A stretch of DNA of 64,000 bases from Octopus bimaculoides (taxonomy: Eukaryota), in contig NC_068982.1 in the NCBI RefSeq assembly GCF_001194135.2, positions 182,364,908 through 182,428,907 of the forward strand, in the 5' to 3' direction. Below are positions 12,820 through 26,305 of the stretch, piece by piece. The notes under the pieces are model-generated. The model saw only the letters and a list, made by a program, of their open reading frames with translations, did not search any database and was not told the origin of the DNA. A program made the translations under genes and the position numbers. Numbering within the stretch: the first letter of the stretch is position 1; each line of letters starts with the position of its first letter.

Positions 12820-14655
12820 ATACGCGTGTTATTATCTACATCCCAATGCCCCCCACTCTCACACCAATAACAAACAAGGAATCCTACCCGCATCAATACA
12901 TAAAACCCCCATCCAAGGAACCCGATACCGTCCATCCAACCAACACCCACAATCATACCACTTTTCTTACAGATCTGCATACCCTCGCTACTCACACCAA
13001 TAGAATCACTATAACTACCTACCCCTATAACTACGTACCCCACTCCAACCTCTCATACAGTCCACCCTACAAACACCCACAGACCCACCGCATTTCCCAC
13101 AAAACCTTAAACCATCACATCCCATACTAACTTAGTCACTATAACTACCTATCCCTTCCCAACCTCTCCACCCAACAATACCCCTACCCCTTCTACCAGA
13201 ACTCTAATTATCACTACACTCCCTACTTCAACAACCATGTTTTAGACGGCGTGGAGAAAAACAGTCACCACCGCTAACACAGACCCATAAAAAGAAAACC
13301 AAAATAATAAATCTCTCTAATAAAACCTTTACACAAACCCAAATTAACATCGTAGCGTGAGGCGTAAAATTCACACCCTCCCCAAGAGCACCCAACCCCA
13401 CTGAGATCAGTGATGACATTTCAGAATTCTACAGAAAGTTTCGTTTAACAGAAGCTTTTATAGACCTCAACAATGAGGATGATTCAATTATTGAAAACAA
13501 AAGCAACTTCATACCTTCCAAAGGAAGAAATAAAGCATTGGACGATTTTTGCAACAACATCCAGAGTTTCCCTTTTACCCCACCCAAAACCAAGGTCAAA
13601 TCCAACTTTAATAGCAAAGTATGGAAAAACCTAAGAGACTTACAACTACTAAAGAAGCTGACAAAGGAAGTACTGTAGTCCTAATGGGCACAGATTTTTA
13701 CAAACACCTAGTACTCTCCTTACAAAACGACAACTCTTTCTATGAAATTATAACTAACTATAAACAACAAAAAAACACTCACCACCTTTATACTCCAACA
13801 TGATCAAGGACTCACGGACAAAGAAAAGGATTATATCATTAATTTCAAATGCAAGCCCAGCCTCTTCTATGGCCTCCCTAAAATCCATAAAAACAAATCA
13901 ATCACCGAAGCCTGCAAACTCTCCTCTGACATCTACATCAACATCAATACACGGGAAGCTTTAAAACTAAGACCCATTATAGCAGGCACCTCCTGCGAAA
14001 CACACCGCTTAGGCAATTCCCTGGACATCTTTTTGAAACCATTCCTCAGTCACATCAAAACTTTCATTAGAGATGATTTTGACATGCTCAAGTACCTCCC
14101 GAAAACAACCAACAAGGAGGCATTCTTGGTTTCTTTCGACGTGATCAACCTATATACAAACATTCCACATTAATATGGTATTGAGGCAATTAAATTCTGG
14201 CTGGAGAAACACCCAGAAGCATTTCGCAATCGCATTAGCAAAACCTTCATTACAGAATCACTGAAGTTCATTCTGACCAATAATTACTTCCTGTTTGCAA
14301 ACACATACTATCATAAAAAATGTGGTATCGCGATGGGTACCAAAGCTGCACTAGTCCTTGCGAACCTCATAATGTTTTTTTTTTCTTTTTAATTATCACT
14401 TTATGAGATTTCACGTCAGAAATTTGGACACCTCTTCCACATCTACTTAATGGAAAACTGGAAAAGATACTTGGATGATTGTTTCATTATATGGAAGGAA
14501 TCTTATGAAAAACGTCTGAAATTCAAATCCATGCTTAACAACATACATTCCAGCATTCAATTCACTATGGAATTCAGCAAACATAATCTCCCTTTTCTTG
14601 ATCACTTAATTATAAAAACACCCACCACCAAATCACAACCGACATCTACCACAAT
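12820..14655 (+). mobile_element. Penelope-like element RT pseudogene, 3'-truncated before the GIY-YIG domain
   Basis: IINLSNKTFTQTQIN..GVKFTPS, KEADKGSTVVLM, FYGLPKIHK, LRPIIAG, LVSFDVINLYTNIPH, FILTNNYF, GIAMGTK, RYLDDCFIIW (14465-14479), LPFLD. Stops and frameshifts present. Confidence 0.92.
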
Positions 14656-17600
14656 GGAGTGGTTTCTCTTTCTGTTCTTAATTCCAATTCTGAATAAACC
14701 CTCTTTTTAAAGCATATTTTATTAGTCATTAACTCTTACAGTGTATTACTTCATTTCTAAGTTACTTGGATGTATTTAGAAGAACAGTCCTTGCAGCGCA
14801 ATTTTGGCTAGATTGAGAATGTTGTAATAATGGTAAATAATGACTTTGAATTGAGTGAAATATTTCAATGTGTAGTTCTTCAAGCGGAATGGCTATCATC
14901 TGGCTCGATGCCTTAAATGCTTAATGTAAAGACGACATTTTTGAGTTGAGTCTTTCAACCGCTATTCTTTATTAGGTATCATTACACTCACACTTCACAA
15001 TCTAATGCTATACTAACAATGTTATTGAATATATTCTTAAGACTACAATGTAATTATTGTTACGCTCTTATGAGGAAAATAATCAGTATACATAACATAG
15101 ATTTTCTCTTGCGTCTGTTATTGTTTTTGTCGTAAATATCTATTTTATAGCTGATGGCTGCAGATATGGGAATGAAGCTTCATTGATATATTTCTTTTCT
15201 TCCGAACGTCAGCTATTATTGTTCTATTATTCCACTGTGCGATGGCTTTGTTTTGTTTGGGTTTTTTTCCAGATCTATTTCAGTACATAAGGAGATAACA
15301 TTCTTGCACTAAACATAATTTCTTTCAAAAATGGAGATAATATAAAAGATAAAGTCCAATCAAATAGTATATATTTTCAATCTATATTTCACTAGTAGCA
15401 GCATTCTAACGCCATTATTTCAGTCTTTTCATCTTATAACCAATAGTTGCCAGCAAACTAAGAAGTATATTTATTAGATTTGTGAGAAAGTGTCTGGGTT
15501 TGGTTGAAAGTGTTATTGTGCTTACATGTGCGAAGATTTAAGTTCATCAATGTGATATATAAGAATGTATGTTGATGTGCATTACAATATACGCATACTA
15601 TGCTGGCTATAGTATACTTATATGGTTGATTTGTGACAGATTTGGAAGAAAACAGGATAAAATAAAGATGTTATATTGCGTACACATAGGCATAAAGTTC
15701 AAATGCCGGAGGCATCAAAGTTGTATTTTATTCTTATGCAGTCGGGAAAATAAGCATTGAAAATTGTGGGCTTCTACCTGACATTATTGTTATTTTGTTC
15801 ACGATTGCCATAATCGAGGCTGACCCAACACCTTGTTGCTTATTTAAGACTAATTTTTTCTGGGTTTCTTTCGGATTTCCATACTGAATGATGGGATTTG
15901 GAACAACTATACAACTGTATTGATACAACTGTTGCATTAACTACTTTTTGTTTGAGATTTCTATGTAGAAATCCCAGACTAATGAATAGTTACCCCTGTG
16001 AGGATTCAAAGAACTCCAATTCGACTGTAAACCACATCTATTCATTCTATCTCGCCCTGAAAGATTCTCTACCATTTATTACCATTGACTGATAGTAAAA
16101 CTTTTTTCTAAGACTAAGCGCTGAGGATTGATCGTCTCTCTACTCTCGAAACTAACTTTATATCATTTTCTACTTTAGCTAAGCACAGACTGTAACCCAG
16201 ATATAATAGCGAAGTTATTTGGCAGTGTTTTAAATAATTAAGTATGCACACAACAACATGAATCAGAAAATTAGAAACATAAGAACAATTTTAACCTGCA
16301 GATTTTAAATATTTCAGTAGGAAAAGCTAAACATCTTATTCTTCCGTATGGGTGGTTTTATGTTTAAGTGAGGGAACCAATGCCTGTGTTTGAAAGAATA
16401 CATTTAGCTGTTGATAATTCAACAATAGCTTTCTAGTGAAAACTTTGTTTTAATCCCTAAGCAAAAATCCAATAATTTACTTGTCTTTTATATTTCTATT
16501 ACCTTGCGTTGCACCTCTAAATATTCTCCCTCCATATTACATCATTTATATTCTTCACGTATTGTATGTAAAATATAGTAATTTACGTAGTGTTACTTGT
16601 ATTTGTGCTATCGTTCGAACCATTGAACATGTCTTCCAAATATATATACTTACTTAATTGTACAATCACTAAGAGAAATTACATTATAATTTTATCTATA
16701 CCAAAAAAGAATAGTGAAATCAATATTATTTCATATAATGCGGTGCGCCAAAAAAGGATAATTAGAAATATTTCTGCCATAATGCAAAGATAATGATTAA
16801 TTATTCCAGCAAACAATGATAACAACGCCGAACCTTGGGCTTCTGCCATTTCATACATGTACATACAACTTCAGATATGAAACATACCCTTCTTCATATC
16901 TTTATTGTTGTTATAGGATCAGACCTCCAAGAGAAACAATGATGAAAGACATACCGTTTATGCCGTCCACTGTTTTTCCTTGTTGCTCAGTTATATTCTC
17001 TCTCTGTTATAGAGTCGAATGTTGATTGTTTATTTATGTTTTTTTTCTTTTCTAGATTATAAAGAGACCGTTGGAGAACCCTTATTGACCTACCGAATTA
17101 ATTGATTTTAATTCCTGTAATTGTACAGATTGTATATATCTATGCAGGTATTACAATATCATGGTTTGATGTACTCGACATTACTAGAGTTAACTTTTTT
17201 TGCTTTCAGTATATCTTGCTGTGGTAGCAGTAGTTTTATAAAAGATCATAATAGAGTCATAGGTGAATAGGAAATAGGTTTAGCTGCAACTATAGATTTC
17301 TGATAATCTAACAACTTAAATATTTATGACACTAAAAATATAATTGTTTTGGTGATAAATGTTATTCGTCTTTGAAAACTCAAACCATCTGCTGCCACCT
17401 CATAGGAAAACGTATTAATTTCAACAAATCAAATAATTTCATCAATCTATTTATATGACAATCTTGAATCAACTGTCTAAAAGATTGAGTACGTGCAACT
17501 AAAACACTATAAACAAAGTAAACTACTTAATTTTCTCAGCAAACAGAACGTTTAAAAGATAGTTCAGGTTTCCATCCTCGAAGTAACATACGTACATATG

Positions 17601-18879
17601 AACGAACACATGAACATTAATACAAAAAAAAAACACTCCCCATTATTATATACGTGTGCTCTTGTGTGTATATACGTATGCATATACGTATTTTTATTTG
17701 TCGCTGATGTTTTGTGTTTAGTTTCTGTCATCCCTTGACGACGAGGGTTTGTTCGCTTATTCTCAAGCAACGATTAAGTAAAAAGTGACGATATACATTG
17801 GTGTCGATATGTTTGAATAAACACTTCAAAGCGTTTCTGTTACTACTCGCAGTACCTTTTGCCTCTTCTTCCCCGTTTGTTTGTGTTTTACTTCTCATTC
17901 AGTTGCTCGGCATCTCTCCGACAATGCACCTCTTTTATTCACTTTCTTTGTTGCTCATATTTGTGCCCATTCATACGAGTGATCAATCAGATGTTTTCTT
18001 AAGAGATATTTAGTTAACTGACATTGATTTTAACACAACCACCTATATTCCTACCTACATAGTTACCTACCTATTTATGTACGTTTACTTACACATGCAC
18101 ACACACATACACACACACATACAAACACGCATATACATGCTCGCACACAATACACACGCAAACACAAACATACAAACCAATGCAAATGTATATAAACATC
18201 AATGTTTCATACTGAACATTGTTTGCAAGCAGTTTACTGTGGGATTTGCCGCTAATAAAATTCCTTATGGGCACGCTGGCTCTATGTATTTAAGCATATA
18301 TATATATATACATATATATAGATATATATATATATAGATATATATATATATATAGGAGGGAGACGAAAAAGTGTTCGTGCAGTGTGTTCGTAAATGGACT
18401 TTTGATCAACAGTATGGCATTTAAAAGGGAAACGTTCTAAAGTATTTTTTGATAACAATTGCATGTTTTTAGATTATTGAAGATTATGCTAAGCTTGTTT
18501 AGACGATCAGTCCACTGATAATACCTAATGTATCTCTTATCCAGGGCTTGGCGCGTATCACTGAGATATAGTTTGATAATATTATAAATTTAAAAGTCGT
18601 AAGAATTTGCGTCGTTTGATATTTCTACTGCTTTGTATATAATTATTTATTTGTTGATGTGAAAAGAAACAATTATGATTGTGTAAGGAACTATACTATA
18701 TTACCTCTTGGGAAGACCGAGAGATATGATGGGAGAAGTGTATGTTTGGTGTGCAGTACTAATGCTGTGTGTGGAATACATTTTTATACAGATTGCCAAT
18801 AAGTGGAGTGTATTATAACTTTTACATGCTCGAATGTGTGTGTATGTTGAGATGTGAGAGATTACGTTCCTAAATTACT

Positions 18880-19359
18880 GGAAGGGGAGAATATGAGGTT
18901 TAAACATGCTATACTATGCACAAAAGTGAAAGTAGATCAGTCAGAGAACGGTGTTTACGCACGACGCAGCAACGTAGCAGTCTGTAAAATCTGTTCAGAT
19001 TCAATAAAAGTGACAGGCAAGACTTTCACTGAGGTATTATACCTGTCACTGTCAAAATCTTTGCTTAATTGCCGTAGCAAAATTGCTTTAGTATTCTAAA
19101 GAGAAGTAAATCTGCAGCCTGGTAAAGGACAGCATGTAACAGAGAGTTGTTACTAGTAAAGCCATAAAGCAACAAAACGTTTGAGAGAAAACGTTAGTGT
19201 TTGAGGATATTTTCATAAACTGTGAGATAAAGTGTGTTCTTTCAAAAAAAAGAGGACCATTGTTACATGTTGAAACAGAACTTTATTATTAAAGGGTTTA
19301 TTAAAAGTAAGTGTTGTATCTGAAAGACGTGTTGAAACATATGTTAAAGGGAGGTGACA
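18880..19359 (+). mobile_element. Possible LTR remnant preceded by a polypurine tract
   Basis: GGAAGGGGAGAA (18880-18891), then TATGAGG (possibly a mutated TG start), ATTAAA signals near 19290-19310 and an end at GGTGACA. No second LTR, TSD or gag/pol seen. Confidence 0.25.
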
Positions 19360-20939
19360 TAACTAGAGACAATGTATGTATTAGTAATAATGTCTTAGAT
19401 TAAGGGAGCTGTCCATCTTCCTATTTGGCAACTTTGTGTTTGTCGGAAAGAATTGTTTCCGGACGCATTTGAGTTTATGTTGTTTATAACCTGGAATCAA
19501 TGACAGCAGATGTATCCGTAGTAGTATCGTATGTAGAGCCTTCTTGATTGCGGGACAACGATTAGAATGACAAGCGGATATACTAGATTATTTTATTGGC
19601 GATAGTTCGAGAAGACTGAGTTGAAATTTACAAGCTGGTGCATGGATAGTCAGTTTTCTGGTTAATAACTCTAATTGTGGTTTAACTAAAAATGTCTGAA
19701 AAGAGCGCATGGTGAATAATGAAGTCGAGTAGCTTTAGGCAAAGTTTTTCATCTTTCCGAAAGCAGTACCCTTATGAAAGAATTTTAACTTTCTTTCATC
19801 CAATGGAGGATTAAAAAATACAAAGCAAAGTTGACAGCAGCAGCAGTTTCAGATGCCTCTATGCAAAAACGCATTAATTTCCAAAGCGAAAGGCAGCAAA
19901 CGTAAGATTTAAAAAAAAAACTGACGATAACCATTATCTTAAAATCTTAAAAGTTTGGGGTAAGGATACCTCGTGCGAGACAATTTAAAGTACGGTATTC
20001 ATTGAGCTGTGATCTGAATCGATTACGGAATGACAAAGCAATAGAGTTCGTGTTCATATATGATCCCTATATGATAAATAATTGTATATTTGTCATGAAA
20101 GCGAAGTTTGAAGAAAACTGTATAATGTGAGGCTAAAGTTTCCATAAGAATTTTATGTGATTTGTGTGGTTTAAATGCGCAGAAATACACTGAATTTTTC
20201 AACTTCTAAAATACAATAAAACAGGTATACTTATTAACTAGTCTTTATTCAAGATATTTAATTTCAGTTATATCAATGTTTTCCATAGTATCAACTAAAT
20301 TCAATAACAAAAAAAGAAATCGAAAAAAGAAAATAAGCAAGATAAAAAACGAGTCTGTTTTATCGCGACATAATGGAGACACGCTTTTAATTACTAATTT
20401 TAAAAAAATAACTTATAAGCTCTTGCACACTACAGGAAGGAATCAGATAGAATCAAACTGTCTTAATCTTAATTCAGAAAGACTTTCAGAAAGTAACCAA
20501 ACTACAATTTTTCAAGAAGTCTTTTTCCTAGATTTAAATTTTGATGCTGCTTGAGAAATTATTTTATTCCTTCCGCCCAGGGTCGATAGATTTAGCATAT
20601 TATCTTGCTTTAGGCCCTATGATAACTATGGAATTTTTATGAGCACCATTGGGACATTTGGCAGGTCTCAAATATTTTAAATGGGTCTGAACTCATCTTC
20701 CACCAGGTCTGATAGGAGACAAAATAATAACGAGTATAAGAGAGAGGTGCGGTGAGAGAGAAAGAAGAGACAAGCTCTGTAATTGACCGGTACGTCATTT
20801 GTCGTCCGAAAATCATTATATATGATGTTCAAACGGTAAGATACATATACATATATATATATATAGCTTTAAATTGTTTCAGCCTCAAAGCTGTGGTTAT
20901 GCTGGGGCGCCAGCACTGTCTGTGTTACTCCATTATATA

Positions 20940-22220
20940 CATTGGGTCATTCCATAAATAATGCGCGTTTTTTCATACATTCATTTTTCAAATTTAACAT
21001 AAATGAAGATTTCTTTCATCTAAAATAAACCCTCCTTCGTTTTCTACAATGTTCTTCAACTATCAGGTAGACCTGCATGCCTCCCTACCTCTTCCACGAT
21101 TCACCTGTCCGTGAGGAAAAGTACTCCTCCAGTACTGTTCTGACCTCGTCTATAGAGTTCATATTTTCCCGTCCAAATGAGTTTGAAGACTGTGGAATAA
21201 ATGCTAATCAGACGAGGCAATGTTCAGTGCATATGATGGGTGGGGCATCGTTTCCCATTCAAACTACTCCAGCCTTTGAAATGTCATCCTCGCTGTATGA
21301 GGCCGAGCATTATCCTGATGGAAGAACACCTTTCGTCTTCAAACCAAAGATGGTTGTTTTACTTCTAGCGCTGACTTAAGCCGCTCAAACTGCGCACAAT
21401 AAATCTCTTTCATTATCGTTTGGTTTGGGTTTAAAAGTTCAAAGTGAACTAAACTTTTCATATCCCACCAAACAAATAATAACATGTTACGTGGGGGAAG
21501 ACCTTCTTTAGCCTGGAATGCTGGTGTTTCTCCTTTCCCTACCCACTATTTTTGGCGCTTGATATTTTTATAGAGAATCCATTTCCCCTCACCAGTCACT
21601 GTTCGGTCTAAAAGAAGTTTATTCGTGACACATGACAGCCACGAAGAACACACAATCATTCTCTGCGCGTAATTAGACTTGGAAAGGTTGTGGAACACAT
21701 TGGCCCAATTTGCTGACTCTTCCCATGGCACGCAGGTGTCGATGAATGGTTGAATGACCAAATCCAATCTTCTGTGCTAGTTCCTCAACAGTTACTATGG
21801 GATTCTGTTCCACGAGGTTTTGCAGGACGTCCTCGTCGAGCTCTTCAGATCTTCCAGGACGAGGTTTATCTTCTAGGGTGTAATTTCCGGCTCGGAATTT
21901 TCGAAACTACTGTTGGCACTGGCCTACGCTTATTGTCTGATCCCCATATACTGCATTAATATTCCTCGCATTTTCCTTTGAGTTTTTGCCTTCATGGAAC
22001 TCATGAAGCAAATTATACCGAATATGCTCCTTTCTCACTTCCATTATAGCTTTGAAAAAAATAACTGCTAAAATCGAACTGCACTCTCCAAAACTGGGAC
22101 TAAGAATAAGTCGAAGGTAAAATTATTACTTGCATTTATGGCAAGTTAATGCAGGTAGCTTATCCCGATCCCCATTGATTTTTAGTTCATGTAATTGAAA
22201 AAAACAACATCATTTATGAT
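20940..22220 (-). mobile_element. Near full-length mariner (DD34D), inactivated transposase
   Basis: Near-continuous minus-strand translation from MEVRKEHIRYNLLHEFHEG through DRTVTGEGKWILY, LFVWWDMK, FFHQDNARPHTA, HPSYALNIASSD to IVENEG, with stops. TA-flanked TIR ATTGGGTCATTCCATAAATAATG at 20941; partial partner TIR near 22205-22220. Confidence 0.93.
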
Positions 22221-22314
22221 ATATATATATATATANNNNNNNNNNTATACGTACATGTATGTACTTACCTACATCTTCATGTATATATAGATGCATATTT
22301 AGGGTACAGGACGT

Positions 22315-22340
<26 letters not shown>

Positions 22341-22365
<25 letters not shown>

Positions 22366-22585
22366 CTTTTACTTGTTTCAGTTATTTCACTGCAATCATG
22401 CTGGAACACCACCTTAAAGAAGAGTTTTTAGTCGGAGGTTTCAACACCAGGACGTATTCTTTGTAAGCCTAGTACATATTTTATCGGTTATTTCTGCTGA
22501 ACCGCTTGGTTACAGGAACATAAACACACCAACATCGGTTGTAAAGTGATGGTGGGTGACAAGCACACACATAAATATACATGCG
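22341..22585 (-). mobile_element. SINE family 1, 3' half
   Basis: Matches the 3' body and tail of the 4141 and 7571 copies. Confidence 0.8.
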
Positions 22586-24079
22586 TATATACATATGTGA
22601 AACCATTACTTCACTCTGTAAAACCATGCCTGTTAGAATACACCCAATCCGAGTAAAAGACAAATGAAAATTATATCTCGCAAATTGTATTAAATTTATA
22701 ATTCTAAACTTAACGATATGGCTGTCGTTATTGTTATTGTTGTTACTATGCATATACAATTGTTTAAACTTCTGGCCATGCTCTTTTTAATATTTTAACA
22801 ATTTATGACACATATTTGAAACATTTCAGGAAATGCCAAGCTATTATTCAAATAAACAATCAAGGAAGTGAAATTAATTTCCCGATTTTTCAGAGGACAG
22901 CTGTCATATATGATGCTTATACTTCTTTCCTAAGTTTACACATACAAATAATTGTATATTTAGAACTTGTATTAAGACTTCTTTGGTGGTCGAAGTTTGG
23001 CACATATATGTGTTTGCTTGTATTTCTATATGTAAGTATTTGATATATATGTATATATATANNNNNNNNNNNNNNNNNNNNNNNNNNNNNNNNNNNNNNN
23101 NNNNNNNNNNNNNNNNNNNNNNNNNNNNNNNNNNNNNNNNNNNNNNNNNNNNNNNNNNNNNNNNNNNNNNNNNNNNNNNNNNNNNNNNNNNNNNNNNNNN
23201 NNNNNNNNNNNNNNNNNNNNNNNNNNNNNNNNNNNNNNNNNNNNNNNNNNNNNNNNNNNNNNNNNNNNNNNNNNNNNNNNNNNNNNNNNNNNNNNNNNNN
23301 NNNNNNNGTTTGGCACATATATGTGTTTGCTTGTATTTCTATATGTAAGTATTTGATATATATGCATATATACGTATATAATATACTTACATATAGAAAT
23401 ACATACACACATACGTACACACACTCACGAGCATACACTCACATACATGCGCACACATGCACAAAAGAACATAGACACATATGATTTTGTCAAGAATATG
23501 TCTATCTAATGTTTATCTCTTTGGTCGTATTAAAAAGGAAATTAAGCAAGTGCTTATTTTTGTCACTTTTAAAAAATATATTTACGTTTTCATTTGTGAA
23601 TTTCATATTAACGTGTGTATGTACGTCTCTGTTTGTGAGTGTGCGTGCGCGAGTGTGTGAGAGACACAGAGTTGGCAGAATGTTAGAAAGAATGCCTCGC
23701 ATATTTGTTCTGTTTCTCTAGATTCTGTGTTCCAACATCACCGAGATCAACTTCATTTTCCATCCTCTTGTGAACGATAACAGATAACTACCAATGCAAA
23801 AGAGACGATTGTAAAATGTGAGGCCGAATACATTCTAGCTGTTTCCTTTCAGATTTCAGATTAGGCTGTCCTAATTCTTCAATTGGCTCGGCGACCACTA
23901 TATAACTACTAACTTCTTTACGTACACCAAATAACTAGATGCTATTGTCCACCACTCTGTCTCTTTCATGCCTAGAATTGAAAGACACAGGCGTCTCCAT
24001 AATCTAAATCTTACTACCTGTCCCTTGACTGTACCATCTCTCCTGCTCAAACTTTCGCCACTGTAAAGAAGTATGGAAA

Positions 24080-24445
24080 AACTTCAACATCTAAGAACCT
24101 GCAATGTTTTTCTCAGTTCTGCTAGTGCTGGTCTCCCAGAACGTTCGTTAATATCGACATTTTTGGGGGTCATCTTAGAAACGTTCGAACCACTCGTAAC
24201 CTCTGTGAGGTTCATGCACTCATCGCCATGCACTTTCTGCAACCTTGTGTTAGCCTTTGAGCAGGTACCGCCATGACAACTTTCTCTGTCATGGTCAATG
24301 CCACGACAGCACGCTACACACCTTCCTTCCGAGCACTACTGTAACCAGCGAATGCACCGTCAACTTTTGCAGTGCGTCTTTACTCTGCGTGATTTCGCTT
24401 CGTTACAATGGCAACAGTCCGGATACTAATTGATCAGACCTCGTA
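24080..24445 (-). mobile_element. Mariner 5' fragment (TIR plus transposase HTH)
   Basis: Minus-strand TA-CGAGGTCTGATCAATTAGTATCCGGAC TIR-like end, then TCSKANTRLQKVHGDECM...DINERSGRP. Confidence 0.7.
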
Positions 24446-25951
24446 CATCCCGCAAATTAATAACAGCACTGAACTGCATGCACGTGATCGGAATCTATAG
24501 CAACGTAAAGCATTATTTCATACTCACCCATTACTGGTCAGCAAAATCAACTGTCAACACCTCTCGCTAAATTACTTGGAGAACAGGACCCTAAATATTG
24601 AATTCCAGTTACTAATATTAAACAATTAACCACCGACCTTTGTTACTAATTTGAATTATTTTGTTTTNNNNNNNNNNNNNNNNNNNNNNNNNNNNNNNNN
24701 NNNNNNNNNNNNNNNNNNNNNNNNNNNNNNNNNNNNNNNNNNNNNNNNNNNNNNNNNNNNNNNNNNNNNNNNNNNNNNNNNNNNNNNNNNNNNNNNNNNN
24801 NNNNNNNNNNNNNNNNNNNNNNNNNNNNNNNNNNNNNNNNNNNNNNNNNNNNNNNNNNNNNNNNNNNNNNNNNNNNNNNNNNNNNNNNNNNNNNNNNNNN
24901 NNNNNNNNNNNNNNNNNNNNNNNNNNNNNNNNNNNNNNNNNNNNNNNNNNNNNNNNTGTACGTGCGTGTATGCGTATGTGTGCATGTGTGCATGTGTGCG
25001 TGTGTGCGTGTGTGTGTGTGTGCGTGTGGGTGTGTGCACGTGCGTGTATGCGTGTGTGTGCATGTGTGCGCGTGTGTGTGTGTGCGTGTGTGTGTGTGTG
25101 TGCGTTTACACATATCGAGTTGAGTATTTGTGATTTGTGAACAAATTTCAGCTGACAATAAATATAATTCCATCTCCGTATAACATAGCTAGCGCCATAT
25201 CTTCTCTGTTAGCTTTCTGTCAGGACGAAAACAATCCTACTCTTTTTGAAGTCCCGCTTCTTGTAGGATAAAGAGGTGCTGTTGGAGGGCAGATATATGC
25301 CCTACGAGTAGAGAAGGTAATTTCCGTGTGGTAAGAGACGATTGATCAGTCGCAGAAGGTAATTCTATCCGAATATCACGCAATATGCTTCCTCATAGAT
25401 TTGAAACTCCATTTAGATGCTACGTTTGTAACGTCATCGCGGAGAGAGAGGGAAAGATATAGAGAGAGACGGGGAGAAAAAGAGAGAAAGAGACAGGTTT
25501 CTTTGCTTGTACAATTTCTCCAATTTAGAGAAAATGGGCATTGGCAGGGCTACATTTCTATTAGCATTAGGGCATACTATATCTATGATCCAGCATCGTT
25601 TGCTTTCTTTCTCAGTGAATACTATGTCTCGTTTCCTCATGTTCTTTATCTCTTGATCGCCCTAAATCATAAAATACCATATAATTTTTCCATTATCATT
25701 TTCGATGATTTGTTCGGGTTTATGTACGTACCACTTTTTTGCTCTGTCAAGTCCATACTTGGTGCATAGTGTCCAATGGATAATCCATGCTATATTGTCA
25801 TGACGTCTCTTATATTCTTTCAGGGCTAGTGGCATGAATTAACTGGTAATATGCCATGCAGTATCACCATTTTGTCCGCAAATTCTGCACTTCTCACTTT
25901 CTGATGTGTTGTCTGTTCTGTATTTGATGTAACTGGTTCTTAATGCTTGCT

Positions 25952-25952
25952 T

Positions 25953-26004
<52 letters not shown>

Positions 26005-26041
26005 CCACCATCATCATCATCACCATCACCATCACCATCAC

Positions 26042-26077
<36 letters not shown>

Positions 26078-26092
26078 TATTATTATTATTAT
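25952..26092. repeat. (CAT)n/(CAC)/(ATT)n compound trinucleotide microsatellite
   Basis: Directly visible; abuts the SINE head. Confidence 0.95.
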
Positions 26093-26305
26093 TAAGGCGG
26101 TGAGCTGGCAGAATCTTTAGCGCTCTGGACGAAATGCTTAGCAGTATGTAACCCGTCGCTACGTTCTTAGTTCAAATTCCACCTTTCATCCTTTCGAGGT
26201 CGATAAAATAAGTACCAGTTGAACACTTGTGTCGATGTAATCGACTCATGCCCTTCCCCCTAAATGCTTGTCTTGTGCCAAAATTTGATACAATCATTAT
26301 TATCA
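26093..26305 (+). mobile_element. tRNA-derived SINE, family 2, full length
   Basis: Head AAGGCGGTGAGCTGGCAGAATC, B-box-like GTTCAAATTCC, central CCTTTCATCCTTTCGAGGTCGATAAAATAAGTACCAG, ATT-rich tail. From recall the central motif resembles the Sauria/MetaSINE-type domain (unverified). Confidence 0.85.

Noticed and set aside
17057-17147. Strong acceptor and donor pair
   Set aside because: All three frames contain stops; a UTR or lncRNA exon cannot be supported without RNA data.
25267-25316. 50-nt exon candidate with AG|GTAATT donor
   Set aside because: Only one open frame, giving an unrecognised peptide; no supporting context.
26093-26190. tRNA gene
   Set aside because: Only A/B-box-like SINE heads with no intact cloverleaf, continuing into the SINE body; the same holds for all other copies.
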